Shown here piece by piece: positions 28,596 to 38,138 of a stretch of DNA of 64,000 nt; the stretch's first letter is position 1; the number at the start of each line of letters is the position of its first letter. The stretch spans positions 23,365 through 87,364 of the forward strand of contig CASEHX010000009.1 of NCBI GenBank assembly GCA_949287905.1, in the 5' to 3' direction. The notes under the pieces were generated by a model, which saw only the letters and a program-made list of their open reading frames with translations, searched no databases and was not told where the DNA came from. The position numbers and the translations under genes are program-made. Origin of the DNA: an uncultured Olsenella sp. GTDB taxonomy: Bacteria; Actinomycetota; Coriobacteriia; Coriobacteriales; Atopobiaceae.

Positions 28596-29099
28596 ATGGC
28601 AACACCAGAGTTCATCCTGCGCCTACGCGAGAAGATCGGCCACGACTTGCTGTGGCTCATCGGTGTGACCGCCTATGTGGAGGACGGGGAGGGGCGCGTG
28701 CTCTTGGGCCGTCGCTCCGACACGGGGGAATGGGCGCTCGTCTACGGCATCAACGAGCCGGGGGAGGAGCCCGCGGATACCGTTGCGCGCGAGGTCTTGG
28801 AGGAGACGGGCGTGGATGTGGTGCCAACGGACCTGGTGCACGTTCAGGCCGCGCATCACGAGACCGTCTATGCCAATGGGGATCGCACGCAGTACCTGGA
28901 CCTCATGTTCGTGTGCCGGCTCGCCGAGGGCGGAAGCTCCGAGCCGCGCGTGGCTGATGACGAGAGCCTCGCGGTGGGTTGGTTCGCGCCCGACGCGCTG
29001 CCGGAGCCGCTGGCAGCGTCGACGGTCCAGCGCCTTGCCGCGCTCGCCGCATGGCGCGAGGCGGGCGCGAGCAGGGCGCTCTTCTCGTTTGGGGAATGA
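28596..29099 (+). CDS. NUDIX hydrolase
   Basis: GINEPGEEPADTVAREVLEETG. Confidence 0.9.
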   Translation: MATPEFILRLREKIGHDLLWLIGVTAYVEDGEGRVLLGRRSDTGEWALVYGINEPGEEPADTVAREVLEETGVDVVPTDLVHVQAAHHETVYANGDRTQYLDLMFVCRLAEGGSSEPRVADDESLAVGWFAPDALPEPLAASTVQRLAALAAWREAGASRALFSFGE

Positions 29100-29169
29100 T
29101 GCGAAGGGACAGTCCCTTCGCATCACCTGTGCCGTCGCTATATCTGCGCTATCGCTTTGTTCGCGTGGC

Positions 29170-29568
29170 CTACCAGCGGATGGTGTAGGGGTCCTTGGTG
29201 AACGAGCAGAACGTGGCGGTGACGTTCTCCAGGGCAAAGACCTCGCAGTTGCCGTCGTCTGCGGCGTACATCGACTGCAGCTCGGGATACTCCGCGAGCA
29301 CGGCCTCGCGCGCCTCTAGACGGTCGTCGAGAACGGCGTCGGCCTCGACGCGCAGCCACGTGCCATCGGTGCCCGTCGCGCAGATAGCCACGCGCGGGTG
29401 AGCGAGCATCTGGTAGGAGACCGCCTTGACCTTGCCGGTCTGGATGTAGAGCTTGCCCTCGAACTTGGCGATGGTGCCAAAGGGGCGGACCTGCGGGTCG
29501 CCCTTCTCATCGACGGTTGCCAGGAAGTACGTGGGATTGGCCTTGAGGTAGGCGAGGACCTCGTCCAT
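29170..29568 (-). CDS. Pyridoxamine 5'-phosphate oxidase family protein
   Basis: FLATVDEKGDPQVRPFG, WLRVEA. Confidence 0.85.
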   Translation of the reverse strand: MDEVLAYLKANPTYFLATVDEKGDPQVRPFGTIAKFEGKLYIQTGKVKAVSYQMLAHPRVAICATGTDGTWLRVEADAVLDDRLEAREAVLAEYPELQSMYAADDGNCEVFALENVTATFCSFTKDPYTIRW

Positions 29569-29759
29569 GGTGGCTCCTTCCGCTGCGGCGGATGCGATCG
29601 TTGGTGTTACTTTACTCCGCCTTGGGAGCCGTACGGGCGTGCCGTTGACAGCTTTTCGCGCTGAACGGGATGAACGCGAGAAACATCTCGGCCATTGCAA
29701 TCTTGGCGGGCCCTGCTCTCGAGAGCTTGCCCCGCCGCTGCGTTTGTGGTCGATTGCAC

Positions 29760-29950
29760 TTGAGGCAGTAAATCGGCCCTCCGGTGTCACTTTTGGCCCC
29801 GTTTGTGTGGGTTTTCCGGCCACTTTTCGGAGTTGGGCAAGTATCCGCGCTCCTCAACTGCGGTTATGTTGCCCGCCAAACGCCTCCGGGAGGGCCAATC
29901 CACACAAACGGGGCCAAAAGTGACACCGGAGGGCCGATTTACTGCCTCAA
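29760..29950. mobile_element. MITE-like element, 51-bp perfect terminal inverted repeats
   Basis: TTGAGGCAGTAAATCGGCC...GTTTGTGTGG (29760-29810) and its exact reverse complement (29900-29950); second copy at 58585-58781. Confidence 0.75.
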
Positions 29951-29984
29951 CGATTCTTCTTTGTGGTCGCTTGAGGCGCGGGGC

Positions 29985-30629
29985 CTATTGGTGCGCGTAG
30001 TGCTCGAGGCACATGCTCACGAAGTCGCGCATCTCGGCACGGAAGTCGGTCTCGGGGCGCTCGATCTCCAGGCGCCTCAGCGCCTCGGCGATGAGAGGGT
30101 TGCTCCAGCAGGAGCTGACGAGGCCCGTGGCGTGGTAATAGACGGCCAGCAAGAGCGGCTCCACGTGCTCGGGCTCGATGCCGATGACCTGCGGAAGGTG
30201 CTCGCGCATCTCGTCGACGTGCGCGTAGTAGCCGTGCTTGAAATCCATGAGGCGCTCGACGGTGACATTGGTCTCAACGATGGTGGTGAGAAGATCGCCC
30301 AGGCGGAAGTACTCCTGGTGGGCGTCCGCGACCTTCGCCCAGGCATCAGCGGCCTCGGCGGGGGAGAGCTCGTGTCCCGCGGGGAGGGCGGCGAGAAGCG
30401 CCTCGAAGTAGGCGTCGCATTCGTCTGCCGTGAGCAGGAGGAAGATCTCCTCCTTGGTGGTCACGTACTTGTAGAGGTTGGCGCGCGACCAGCCGAGCTC
30501 CTCGGCGATCGTGGTGAGCGTGATCTCGTGATAGGGGCGCTCCGCGAACTGTCGGCGGACGGCACCCTTGATTTCGTCGAGACGCTGCTCCTTTTGCTCG
30601 GGGCTCCGTGCCCTAATGAACTCGGCCAT
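29985..30629 (-). CDS. TetR-family regulator
   Basis: RARSPEQK, ITLTTIAEELGWSRANLYKYVTTKEEI. Confidence 0.9.
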   Translation of the reverse strand: MAEFIRARSPEQKEQRLDEIKGAVRRQFAERPYHEITLTTIAEELGWSRANLYKYVTTKEEIFLLLTADECDAYFEALLAALPAGHELSPAEAADAWAKVADAHQEYFRLGDLLTTIVETNVTVERLMDFKHGYYAHVDEMREHLPQVIGIEPEHVEPLLLAVYYHATGLVSSCWSNPLIAEALRRLEIERPETDFRAEMRDFVSMCLEHYAHQ

Positions 30630-30679
30630 GACTCCTCCGTACGGTTGCTGCGCAAAGTATACCGCAGCGAAACCAGAAA

Positions 30680-30729
30680 TAAGCGAAATAACGTCACTTA
30701 TATCTTTACAAGCGACGTAGCGTCACTTA
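30680..30729. promoter_or_regulatory. Two putative TetR operators
   Basis: TAAGCGAAATAACGTCACTTA and AAGCGACGTAGCGTCACTTA in the divergent tetR/ADH gap. Confidence 0.6.
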
Positions 30730-30761
30730 TGATGAAGCCACACACCATGAAAGGAGAACCC

Positions 30762-31943
30762 ATGCTCGGCAACTTCACCTATCACAACCCCACCAAGCTC
30801 ATCTTTGGCAAGGACGCCATGCAGGCCCTCGCGACGGAGCTCGCGGCCTACGGCCCGACCGTCCAGCTCGTCTACGGCGGCGGCTCCATCAAGCGAAACG
30901 GCATCTACGACCAGGTGATTTCCGCGCTTGCGTCGGCGGGCAAGACCGTCGTCGAGGACGCGGGCGTCATGCCCAATCCCACGATCGAGAAGCTCTATGA
31001 GGGCGTGGCCATCGCGCGCGAGAACCGCGTGGATCTCATCCTCGCGGTGGGCGGCGGCTCCTGCATCGACTACGCCAAGGCGGTGGCCGTCTCCGCCAAC
31101 CTGCCTGCGGACGTGGATCCCTGGCAGAAGTACTGGGTGGACTTCGACGAGCCGGCGGCCGACCTCGACGTCATCCCCGTGGGCTCGGTTCTCACGATGG
31201 TGGGCACGGGCTCGGAGATGAACTGTGGCTCGGTCATCACCAACCACGAGACCAAGATGAAGGTCGGCCATGTCTTTGCGGATGCGCACGTGTTCCCGCG
31301 CTTTGCCGTGCTGAACCCCGAGTTCACCTACACGCTGCCCAAGTACCAGATGGTCGCCGGCATCTTCGACATCATGAACCACATCACCGAGCAGTACTTC
31401 TCGGGCACAGACGACAACACGTCCGATTACCTCTCCGAGGGTCTCATGCGCTCGCTCGTGGCCGCCAGCCGCGCCGCGATGGCAAACCCGGAGGACTATG
31501 AGGCTCGCTCCAACATCATGTGGTGCGCCACGTGGGCGCTCAACACGCTCGTGGCCTGCGGAAAGTCCACGGACTGGGAGGTCCACATGCTCGGCCAGGC
31601 CGTCGGCGCCCACACCGACGCCACGCACGGCATGACGCTCGCCGCCGTGGCGCTGCCGTACTACCGCCTGGTCATGCCCTATGGCGTGGAGAAGTTCGCG
31701 CGGTTCGCCAGCAACGTGTGGGGCGTCTCGCCCGAGGGCCGCACGACCGAGGAGCTCGCGTCTGCCGGCCTCGACGCGATGGAGGCCTGGATGCGCGAGA
31801 TCGGCTGCGTCATGAGCATCTCCGAGCTCGGCGCCACCGAGGACATGCTCGAGGATCTTGCCGACTCCACCCTCGTCATGCAGGGCGGCTACCACGTGCT
31901 CACGCGTGACGAGATCATCCGCATCTTCCGCGAGAGCCTGTGA
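30762..31943 (+). CDS. Iron-containing alcohol dehydrogenase (BdhA/YqhD-like)
   Basis: NFTYHNPTKLIFG, GGGSIKRNG, GGGSCID, GTGSEMN, THGMTL. Confidence 0.92.
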   Translation: MLGNFTYHNPTKLIFGKDAMQALATELAAYGPTVQLVYGGGSIKRNGIYDQVISALASAGKTVVEDAGVMPNPTIEKLYEGVAIARENRVDLILAVGGGSCIDYAKAVAVSANLPADVDPWQKYWVDFDEPAADLDVIPVGSVLTMVGTGSEMNCGSVITNHETKMKVGHVFADAHVFPRFAVLNPEFTYTLPKYQMVAGIFDIMNHITEQYFSGTDDNTSDYLSEGLMRSLVAASRAAMANPEDYEARSNIMWCATWALNTLVACGKSTDWEVHMLGQAVGAHTDATHGMTLAAVALPYYRLVMPYGVEKFARFASNVWGVSPEGRTTEELASAGLDAMEAWMREIGCVMSISELGATEDMLEDLADSTLVMQGGYHVLTRDEIIRIFRESL

Positions 31944-32001
31944 TTCAAAGGGGGACAGACCCCTTTTGAATCATTCTCGCTTGGGGAGGACGGAGAAGAA
32001 C

Positions 32002-33384
32002 ATGCTGACGAGAAGGACGTTCGTGAATGCGCTGGCTGCGACTGCGGCGACGGCGGTGCTTGCGGGTTGTGGCACCACGGAGAACACGCCAGAGACAACT
32101 GTGCCGGAGCCCACGTTGCAGGAGCCTGAGGCACCTGCCGTCCCGGCGACCTCGGCTTCGCCCGTCTACTTCACGCGAGAAATCTCGCCGGAGGGCCTTG
32201 CCCGCGCCTTCGACGCTCTGAGCTTCTCGCCCGCCGGAAACGTGGCCGTGAAGCTCTCGACCGGCGAGCCGGGAGGGCACAACTTCCTCTCTCCCGACCT
32301 CATTGGCGATTTCGTGCGCAGCCTCAGCGCCACGATCGTGGAGTGCAACACTGCCTACGGAGGGGCGCGTGGAACCACGGAGAGTCACCTCCGGGCCGCT
32401 GCCGACCACGGCTTCACCGCAATCGCGGACGTGGACATCATGGACGCCGACGGCTCGATAAGCCTGCCCGTCACGGGCGGGACGCACCTCACGGAGGACC
32501 TCGTGGGCGCGCATCTGGCGAGCTACGACTCCGTGGTCTCGCTCGCGCACTTCAAAGGCCATGCGATGGGTGGCTTTGGCGGCGCGATCAAGAACTGCTC
32601 CATCGGCATCGCCAGCCGAGAGGGCAAGATGCTCATCCACAGCGCGGGTACCTCGACCACGAGCTGGGGCAGCCCGGCGCAGGACGACTTTCTCGAGTCC
32701 ATGGCCGAGGCTGCCAAGGCGGTCTCGGACCACTTCGGCGGCGTGGGCGGCGCCATGGCTTACGTCAACGTGATGAATCGCCTCTCGGTGGACTGCGATT
32801 GCGACTCGCATCCCGCCGAGCCTGAGATGGCCGATATCGGCATCCTGGCCTCGCTCGACCCAGTGGCGCTCGACCGCGCGTGCGTTGACTTGGTCTACGC
32901 GGCGCCCGACGGCGCAGCGCTCGTGGAGCGCATCGAGAGCAGAAACGGTGTCCACACGCTTGACCACGCGGAGGCCATCGGTCTGGGCGGCCAGACCTAC
33001 GAGCTGGTTGATCTGGATGCCGGAACGACCGAGGGGGAGGCCATGACCATCAACGTTACCTGTGAGGACGCGACGGTGACCTACGAGCTCAATGACTCCG
33101 CAGCGGCCCGTGCGCTCTACGAACAGCTGCCTCTGACCTGCGACGTGGAGCCCTTCGGCAGCAACGAGCAGACCTTCTACCCGCCCGAGGAGCTCGACTG
33201 CTCGGACGCCCCGCTCGCCGGGGGCGGAGCCGGCGTGCTCGCCTACTACGAGCCGTGGGGAGACGTCGTGATGTTCTACGACGACTTCTCCGGCAACGAC
33301 AGCCTCTACGAGCTGGGGCGCGCAACGACCGGCGCGGAGAGCGTCGCGGGCATGGCGGGGACCATCGAAGTGACGCGCGCATAG
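32002..33384 (+). CDS. Tat lipoprotein: DUF362-like domain fused to a cyclophilin-like fold
   Basis: TRRTF/LAGC; AVKLSTGE, HFKGHAMGGFGGAIKN, VDCDC, DPVALD; C-terminal LPLT...YYEPWGDVVMFY. Confidence 0.8.
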   Translation: MLTRRTFVNALAATAATAVLAGCGTTENTPETTVPEPTLQEPEAPAVPATSASPVYFTREISPEGLARAFDALSFSPAGNVAVKLSTGEPGGHNFLSPDLIGDFVRSLSATIVECNTAYGGARGTTESHLRAAADHGFTAIADVDIMDADGSISLPVTGGTHLTEDLVGAHLASYDSVVSLAHFKGHAMGGFGGAIKNCSIGIASREGKMLIHSAGTSTTSWGSPAQDDFLESMAEAAKAVSDHFGGVGGAMAYVNVMNRLSVDCDCDSHPAEPEMADIGILASLDPVALDRACVDLVYAAPDGAALVERIESRNGVHTLDHAEAIGLGGQTYELVDLDAGTTEGEAMTINVTCEDATVTYELNDSAAARALYEQLPLTCDVEPFGSNEQTFYPPEELDCSDAPLAGGGAGVLAYYEPWGDVVMFYDDFSGNDSLYELGRATTGAESVAGMAGTIEVTRA

Positions 33385-33409
33385 CGCACGAACAGAAGGG
33401 GAGAAGAAC

Positions 33410-34033
33410 ATGCTGACGAGAAGGAACTTCCTGGCAGTTGCCATTGCGGGCATGACCGCGCTCCTATCCGGCTGCTCCGGCGAGAAGGACGAGGCGCCCG
33501 CGGCCGATTCGGCAACGGGGCCGATCGAGGACGCCCCCGCGGCGGATGCCGCGCCGGCGGGCAACGTGCTCGTCGCGTATTTCTCGGCGACGGGCAACAC
33601 GGAGGGTGTGGCCACCGTGATCGCCGAGCGCCTGGGCGCGGACGTCTTTGCCATCGAGGCCGCGCAGCCCTACACGGAGGCGGACCTGAACTACAGCGAC
33701 GACGCCTCCCGCACGAGCGTCGAGCGCGCGGACGGGACCAACCCCGAGCTCGCGCAGGTCACGCCCGACGGCTGGGCCGACTACGACACGGTCTTTCTCG
33801 GCTACCCGATCTGGTGGGGCGAGGCGGCCTGGCCGCTGCGCACGTTCGTGGTAGGCAACGACTTTGCCGGCAAGACCGTGGTGCCGTTCTGCACGTCGGG
33901 CTCGTCGGGAATTGGGGGCAGCGCCGATGGCCTTGAGGAGCTTGCGGGTTCCGGTGATTGGCGCGAGGGCGAGCGCTTCTCGTCCGGCGCCGGCGACGAG
34001 GCGGCAGACTGGGCCGCCAGCCTGGGACTGTGA
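33410..34033 (+). CDS. Flavodoxin-like lipoprotein
   Basis: TRRNF/LSGC; AYFSATGNT, GYPIWWG, FCTSGSSG. Confidence 0.88.
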   Translation: MLTRRNFLAVAIAGMTALLSGCSGEKDEAPAADSATGPIEDAPAADAAPAGNVLVAYFSATGNTEGVATVIAERLGADVFAIEAAQPYTEADLNYSDDASRTSVERADGTNPELAQVTPDGWADYDTVFLGYPIWWGEAAWPLRTFVVGNDFAGKTVVPFCTSGSSGIGGSADGLEELAGSGDWREGERFSSGAGDEAADWAASLGL

Positions 34034-34080
34034 TTCAAAAGGGGTCTGTCCCCTTTTGAATCACTGGGAAGGAGAGGAAC

Positions 34081-34617
34081 GTGAACATCGTCATCTTGCA
34101 GGGAAGTCCCAACCGCGACGGCTCCACCGCCATCCTCTGCGAGGAGTTCGCGCGCGGGGCGCGCCAGGCGGGACACGAGGTCGAGCGCATCGATGTGGCA
34201 CAGGCGGATGTGCACCCCTGCACGGGTTGTGTGGCCTGCGGCTATGGCGCGCATCCGTGCGTCCAGCGCGACGGCATGGCTGCGATCCTGGAGAAGATCC
34301 TCGCGGCCGACGTGCTGGTCCTGGCGACGCCGCTCTACTACTACGGCATGTCTGCCCAGCTCAAGGCAGTGATTGACCGCTTCTGCTCCGAAAACTCCGC
34401 CATCACGGCGCGGCGGCTGCACTCCGTTCTTCTCGCCGTGGCGTGGAACGCGGACAGCTGGACCTTCGATGCACTCGAGGCGCACTACGACACGCTTGTT
34501 CGCTACCTCGACCTGCGCGACTGCGGACGCGTGCTCGGCCACGGCTGCGGGACGCCGTCCATGACGCGCGCGTCTGACGCCCCGCAGCGCGCCTTCGAGC
34601 TGGGGCGCTCGCTGTAG
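34081..34617 (+). CDS. Iron-sulfur flavoprotein / flavodoxin family
   Basis: GSPNRDGST, CTGCVAC..C, TPLYY. Confidence 0.88.
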   Translation: MNIVILQGSPNRDGSTAILCEEFARGARQAGHEVERIDVAQADVHPCTGCVACGYGAHPCVQRDGMAAILEKILAADVLVLATPLYYYGMSAQLKAVIDRFCSENSAITARRLHSVLLAVAWNADSWTFDALEAHYDTLVRYLDLRDCGRVLGHGCGTPSMTRASDAPQRAFELGRSL

Positions 34618-34791
34618 GGGTCTTGGCAGTTCCCGTGTTCCGCCATGCCATGTGCTACAACAGTGCGTGATCGTGTTCGCGCGCGGCAAGTAGCGCCAAC
34701 TCGGGGACATCGAGCCGCGCGAGGCCGCCTTCATCGCGATCGGCGTGGCGTGAGTGCGAGGCGTAGGCGAGAAGAACCTCGTGGGTTGTCC

Positions 34792-35340
34792 CTACGCCCA
34801 GCCGCGTGCCCGGAGCTCAGCGACCAGCGAATCGAGGTGGCTGCGCTCGCAGCCGTCGTAGCCCTCGCGCATCTGGGCGAGGGCCGTGGCCGAGCGCTCG
34901 CTGCCCCGGCGCGCCTCGCCCTCGAGCATCTTGAAGTAGATGCGCATCATGACCTTGTCGACCGCGCCGAGCCGCTCGAAGTGAAAGCCGCCCTGGCAGT
35001 AGCACCACGGCAGGTCGGGGTAGGCGTCTGCGGGGAAGGAGCATCGGAACGCCTCCTCGTGCTCGCTTGCGGGCCAGAGCTCGCAGGGCATGGGCGTGGC
35101 GCCCACGGCAACCACGGCATAGTGCTTCTCGCCGTGCGCCGCCATATAGGCCTGGAATCGTTTTGCCCCCTTGAGCGATGCCGCGTGGAACCAGCTACAG
35201 AGGACCACGAGGTTCGCGTCCGCGGCGGCGGCCTCGATTCGTTCGAGCGGGACCGCCCGGCATCCGAGCTCCCCCGCGAGCCAGTCGGCGTATCTCTTGG
35301 CAGAGCCCGTCTGTGAGCAGAAGGCGACGACCGCTCCCAT
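34792..35340 (-). CDS. Flavodoxin-domain protein
   Basis: SQTGSAKRYADWLA. Confidence 0.8.
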   Translation of the reverse strand: MGAVVAFCSQTGSAKRYADWLAGELGCRAVPLERIEAAAADANLVVLCSWFHAASLKGAKRFQAYMAAHGEKHYAVVAVGATPMPCELWPASEHEEAFRCSFPADAYPDLPWCYCQGGFHFERLGAVDKVMMRIYFKMLEGEARRGSERSATALAQMREGYDGCERSHLDSLVAELRARGWA

Positions 35341-35471
35341 GGTGACCCCTTTCGACGGCAGGCGAATCACCCACGTTCTTCTCGCCAGTGTACGGGGTTG
35401 ACGTCAGCTCCCCGTAAGCCGCCTTTTCAATGCAATACCTGAAGGGCTATGGCCGTCGTCACGGCAGGCCG

Positions 35472-36107
35472 CTACCGTATGAAGTTCGTCTGCTGGCCGG
35501 TCTCCTGTGCGGGCAGCGGAACGCCGGCGGCGCGGCCCGCCTCGAGGCACTTGAGCATCCACGCCATGTTGCGTCCGAGCTGGCGCATGGTCCAGAGGCC
35601 CTCGGCGTCCTGCTCGGTCTCCTCGGCCACGTTGCCGTGCACGTTGTTCCAGTAGCGCGAGCTCACTACCGGCATCTGCGCGATGGTGAAGAACTTGTTG
35701 ATGTCGTCGAAGGCCGAGGTGGTTCCGCCGCGCCGGGCGCTTGCCACGGCAGCTGCTGGCTTGTACGCGAGCACGTTCTTCTCGCCCGCGCGTCCGTTGC
35801 TGTAGAAGAGGCGGTCCATGAAGCCCAGAAGCGACGCCGCGGCGTGCGCGTAGTGCACCGGCGCGCCAAAGATGAAGCCGTCGGCTTCGGCTGCCTTGGG
35901 GCGGAACTCGTTCACCACGTCGTCGAACGCGCAGCGGCCGAGCTTTGCGCACCCGCCGCAGGCCACACAGCCGCCCACGGGCCGCGCGCCGATCCAGAAG
36001 ATCTCCGACCCCACGCCCTCGGCCTCGAGCGTGCGCGCCACCTCCTCGAGCGCGCGGTTGGTGCTCCCCGCCTTGTGCGGGCTGCCGTTCACGAGCATGA
36101 CCTTCAT
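35472..36107 (-). CDS. Iron-sulfur flavoprotein / flavodoxin family
   Basis: NGSPH, CVACGGC..C, SARRGG, SSRYWN, TNFIR. Confidence 0.9.
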   Translation of the reverse strand: MKVMLVNGSPHKAGSTNRALEEVARTLEAEGVGSEIFWIGARPVGGCVACGGCAKLGRCAFDDVVNEFRPKAAEADGFIFGAPVHYAHAAASLLGFMDRLFYSNGRAGEKNVLAYKPAAAVASARRGGTTSAFDDINKFFTIAQMPVVSSRYWNNVHGNVAEETEQDAEGLWTMRQLGRNMAWMLKCLEAGRAAGVPLPAQETGQQTNFIR

Positions 36108-36138
36108 GGCATGTCCTCTTCCTATAAGTGCGACGTTG

Positions 36139-36408
36139 TTAGCGATCTTCGTAGTGACCTCGACAGGAGACGATGCGCACCACGTCTCCATCGACCCTGT
36201 AGGTGAGGCGGTTCTTCCCGTCTATGCGAACGCTGCTCAGACCCTCCTTTGAGTGTCTGAGCAGCTCGGACTTGCCGATTCCCGGCTCGGCTCCGCCGGT
36301 TCGCGCGATGTCCTTGAGCAGAGCGTTGATGCGGCGGAGGGTCCTCTTGTCCTGAGTGAGCCAGTACTGGTAGTCCGCCCAGGCCTGATCGTCCCAGAGG
36401 TACGGCAT
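36139..36408 (-). CDS. yoeB: Txe/YoeB-family toxin
   Basis: AWADYQYW...RINALLKDIAR...GIGKSELL...RLTY...SCRGHY. Confidence 0.88.
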   Translation of the reverse strand: MPYLWDDQAWADYQYWLTQDKRTLRRINALLKDIARTGGAEPGIGKSELLRHSKEGLSSVRIDGKNRLTYRVDGDVVRIVSCRGHYEDR

Positions 36409-36410
36409 CC

Positions 36411-36671
36411 CTAGACCTCCACGAGGTCGTGCTCGGTCTCGTTTCCGTCGCGCATGGCGCGATAGCGGGTGTCCATCTCCGCAGCATATTCAGCCTCACT
36501 CGGGGTGCGTCGGCGCACGTCAAAGGGGAAGCCGCCGTCCTCCACAAAGCGCTTCATGAAGACCGTGAGTGCCGAGGTGGCGCTCAGTCCGAGTTCCTCT
36601 GCCGTCGCCTCGAACGCTCGCTTGAGATTGATGTCAACGCGGTTGCCGAGAGGTGTGGTTGTGGTAGCCAT
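36411..36671 (-). CDS. RelB/DinJ-family antitoxin
   Basis: RVDINLK...LGLSATSALTVFMKRFVEDGGFPF. Confidence 0.85.
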   Translation of the reverse strand: MATTTTPLGNRVDINLKRAFEATAEELGLSATSALTVFMKRFVEDGGFPFDVRRRTPSEAEYAAEMDTRYRAMRDGNETEHDLVEV

Positions 36672-36726
36672 GTCGACTCCTTACTACAATTGATGTTGTA
36701 TTGATTCTATCCAATATCAATTGAAT

Positions 36727-37638
36727 TCAAACATCGACATATGATTCTGATTGTTGTCTTTCGCGAACGAGCTCAAGGAACCGTCGCGCGGCGTCGCCGA
36801 GGGGGACGTCGCGCTTCCAGGCGAGGTCGATGACCGAGACGAGCGGCGGGAAGAGCAGGCGAAACTCCAGCCCCGTGCCCGGGCCCACGGCCGTGAGCCC
36901 GTCGAAGGAGAGCATGCGGCCCACGCCCTCGCGCACGAGCAGGGCGCCGTTGTAGGCGAGGTTGTACGTCGCCGCGACGTTGGTCTCAGCAGCGCGCTCC
37001 CCAAACCACGTGGCGAGAGGCCCGGTGAGCTTGTCGCCCTTGGCGTGGCGCTCCGGCACAATGAGCGGCGCGTCGAGGAGGTCGGCAGGGCTTACAGCCT
37101 CGCGTGCGACCAGCGGGTCGTCGTCGCGCAGGAGGATGCCCCAGGCGTCGGTGGGGGAGAGGCGCAGATGGGCGTAGCGGTCCACGTCGGGATAGCTCAT
37201 GAGCACGGAGAAGTCGTCGACGCCGTGCTCCAGGCGCTCGATGAGGTCCGGCGCGTTGCCGCTGTGCAGGTGGAAGCGCACGCCGGGGTACTTCTCGCGA
37301 AAGGCGCGCACGTGGCGGGCGATGACGCGCAGGCCCTCCGACTCTCCGGCGCCGATGAAGACGTCGCCCTCCACGATGTCCTCGCCGTGCGTGAGGTCCG
37401 CCGTGGTCTGGTCCGCGAGGCTCACGATCTCCTGCGCGCGACGTCGCAGGTAGAGGCCCTTCTCGGTGGGTGTGACGCTGCGGCTGTGGCGCTCGAGGAG
37501 CGGAGCGCCGAGCTCGCGCTCCAGCGCGGCGATCTGCCGGGAGAGCGCGGGCTGCGTCACGTGCAGCGCCTCCGCGGCGCGCGACATGGTGCCGTGCTCG
37601 CAGACGGCGAGAAAGTAGCGAAGCGTGCGGAGTTCCAT
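36727..37638 (-). CDS. LysR-family regulator
   Basis: MELRTLRYFLAV...AAEALHVTQPALSRQI. Confidence 0.93.
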   Translation of the reverse strand: MELRTLRYFLAVCEHGTMSRAAEALHVTQPALSRQIAALERELGAPLLERHSRSVTPTEKGLYLRRRAQEIVSLADQTTADLTHGEDIVEGDVFIGAGESEGLRVIARHVRAFREKYPGVRFHLHSGNAPDLIERLEHGVDDFSVLMSYPDVDRYAHLRLSPTDAWGILLRDDDPLVAREAVSPADLLDAPLIVPERHAKGDKLTGPLATWFGERAAETNVAATYNLAYNGALLVREGVGRMLSFDGLTAVGPGTGLEFRLLFPPLVSVIDLAWKRDVPLGDAARRFLELVRERQQSESYVDV

Positions 37639-37755
37639 GGGTGCTCCATTACATCGGAGAATATCACGATATGCAATATAAGCAATTGTAGCGCATCCCC
37701 CCGCGACGGAGAATGTGACAAAGGGACAGTCCCTTTGTCACATGGGGGGTCGGAC

Positions 37756-38109
37756 GTGAGGGTTGAGCTGCGGATAGGCGAGGCTGTGGTGCCGGTGGAG
37801 CTGAACGGGTCCGCCGCCGCATGCGAGCTCGCGGCGCGGCTCCCCCAGGTGCTCTCCATGAGCGTCTCGAGCGTGGGGTGCTGCGGACAGCTGCCCTTCT
37901 CGCTGCCGCACGGCGCTGCCGACGTTCACCCCGGCTGGTCCGACGGCGACCTCAACTACAAGCCCGAGGGCGACTGGCTCGCACTCTTCTTCGACGACGA
38001 ACGCAACTCCGCACGCTACGGCGGGCAGCTCACGCTGGGCCACGCGGTGGGGCCGCTCGACGCGCTGCGCGGCTTTTCGGGAGCCCACGAAGTGCGCATT
38101 GAGCTGTGA
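37756..38109 (+). CDS. Cyclophilin-like fold protein
   Basis: ELNGSAAACELAARLP...GDLNY...WLALFF; GTG start. Confidence 0.75.
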   Translation: MRVELRIGEAVVPVELNGSAAACELAARLPQVLSMSVSSVGCCGQLPFSLPHGAADVHPGWSDGDLNYKPEGDWLALFFDDERNSARYGGQLTLGHAVGPLDALRGFSGAHEVRIEL

Positions 38110-38138
38110 AATCAAACGGTTGAGAGATAGGAGCAACC

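Noticed and set aside
29784..30761. N-terminal extensions in the ORF track for the ADH (and the S10 peptidase from 11672)
   Set aside because: They overlap opposite-strand genes; good RBS and family N-termini lie at 30762 and 12335
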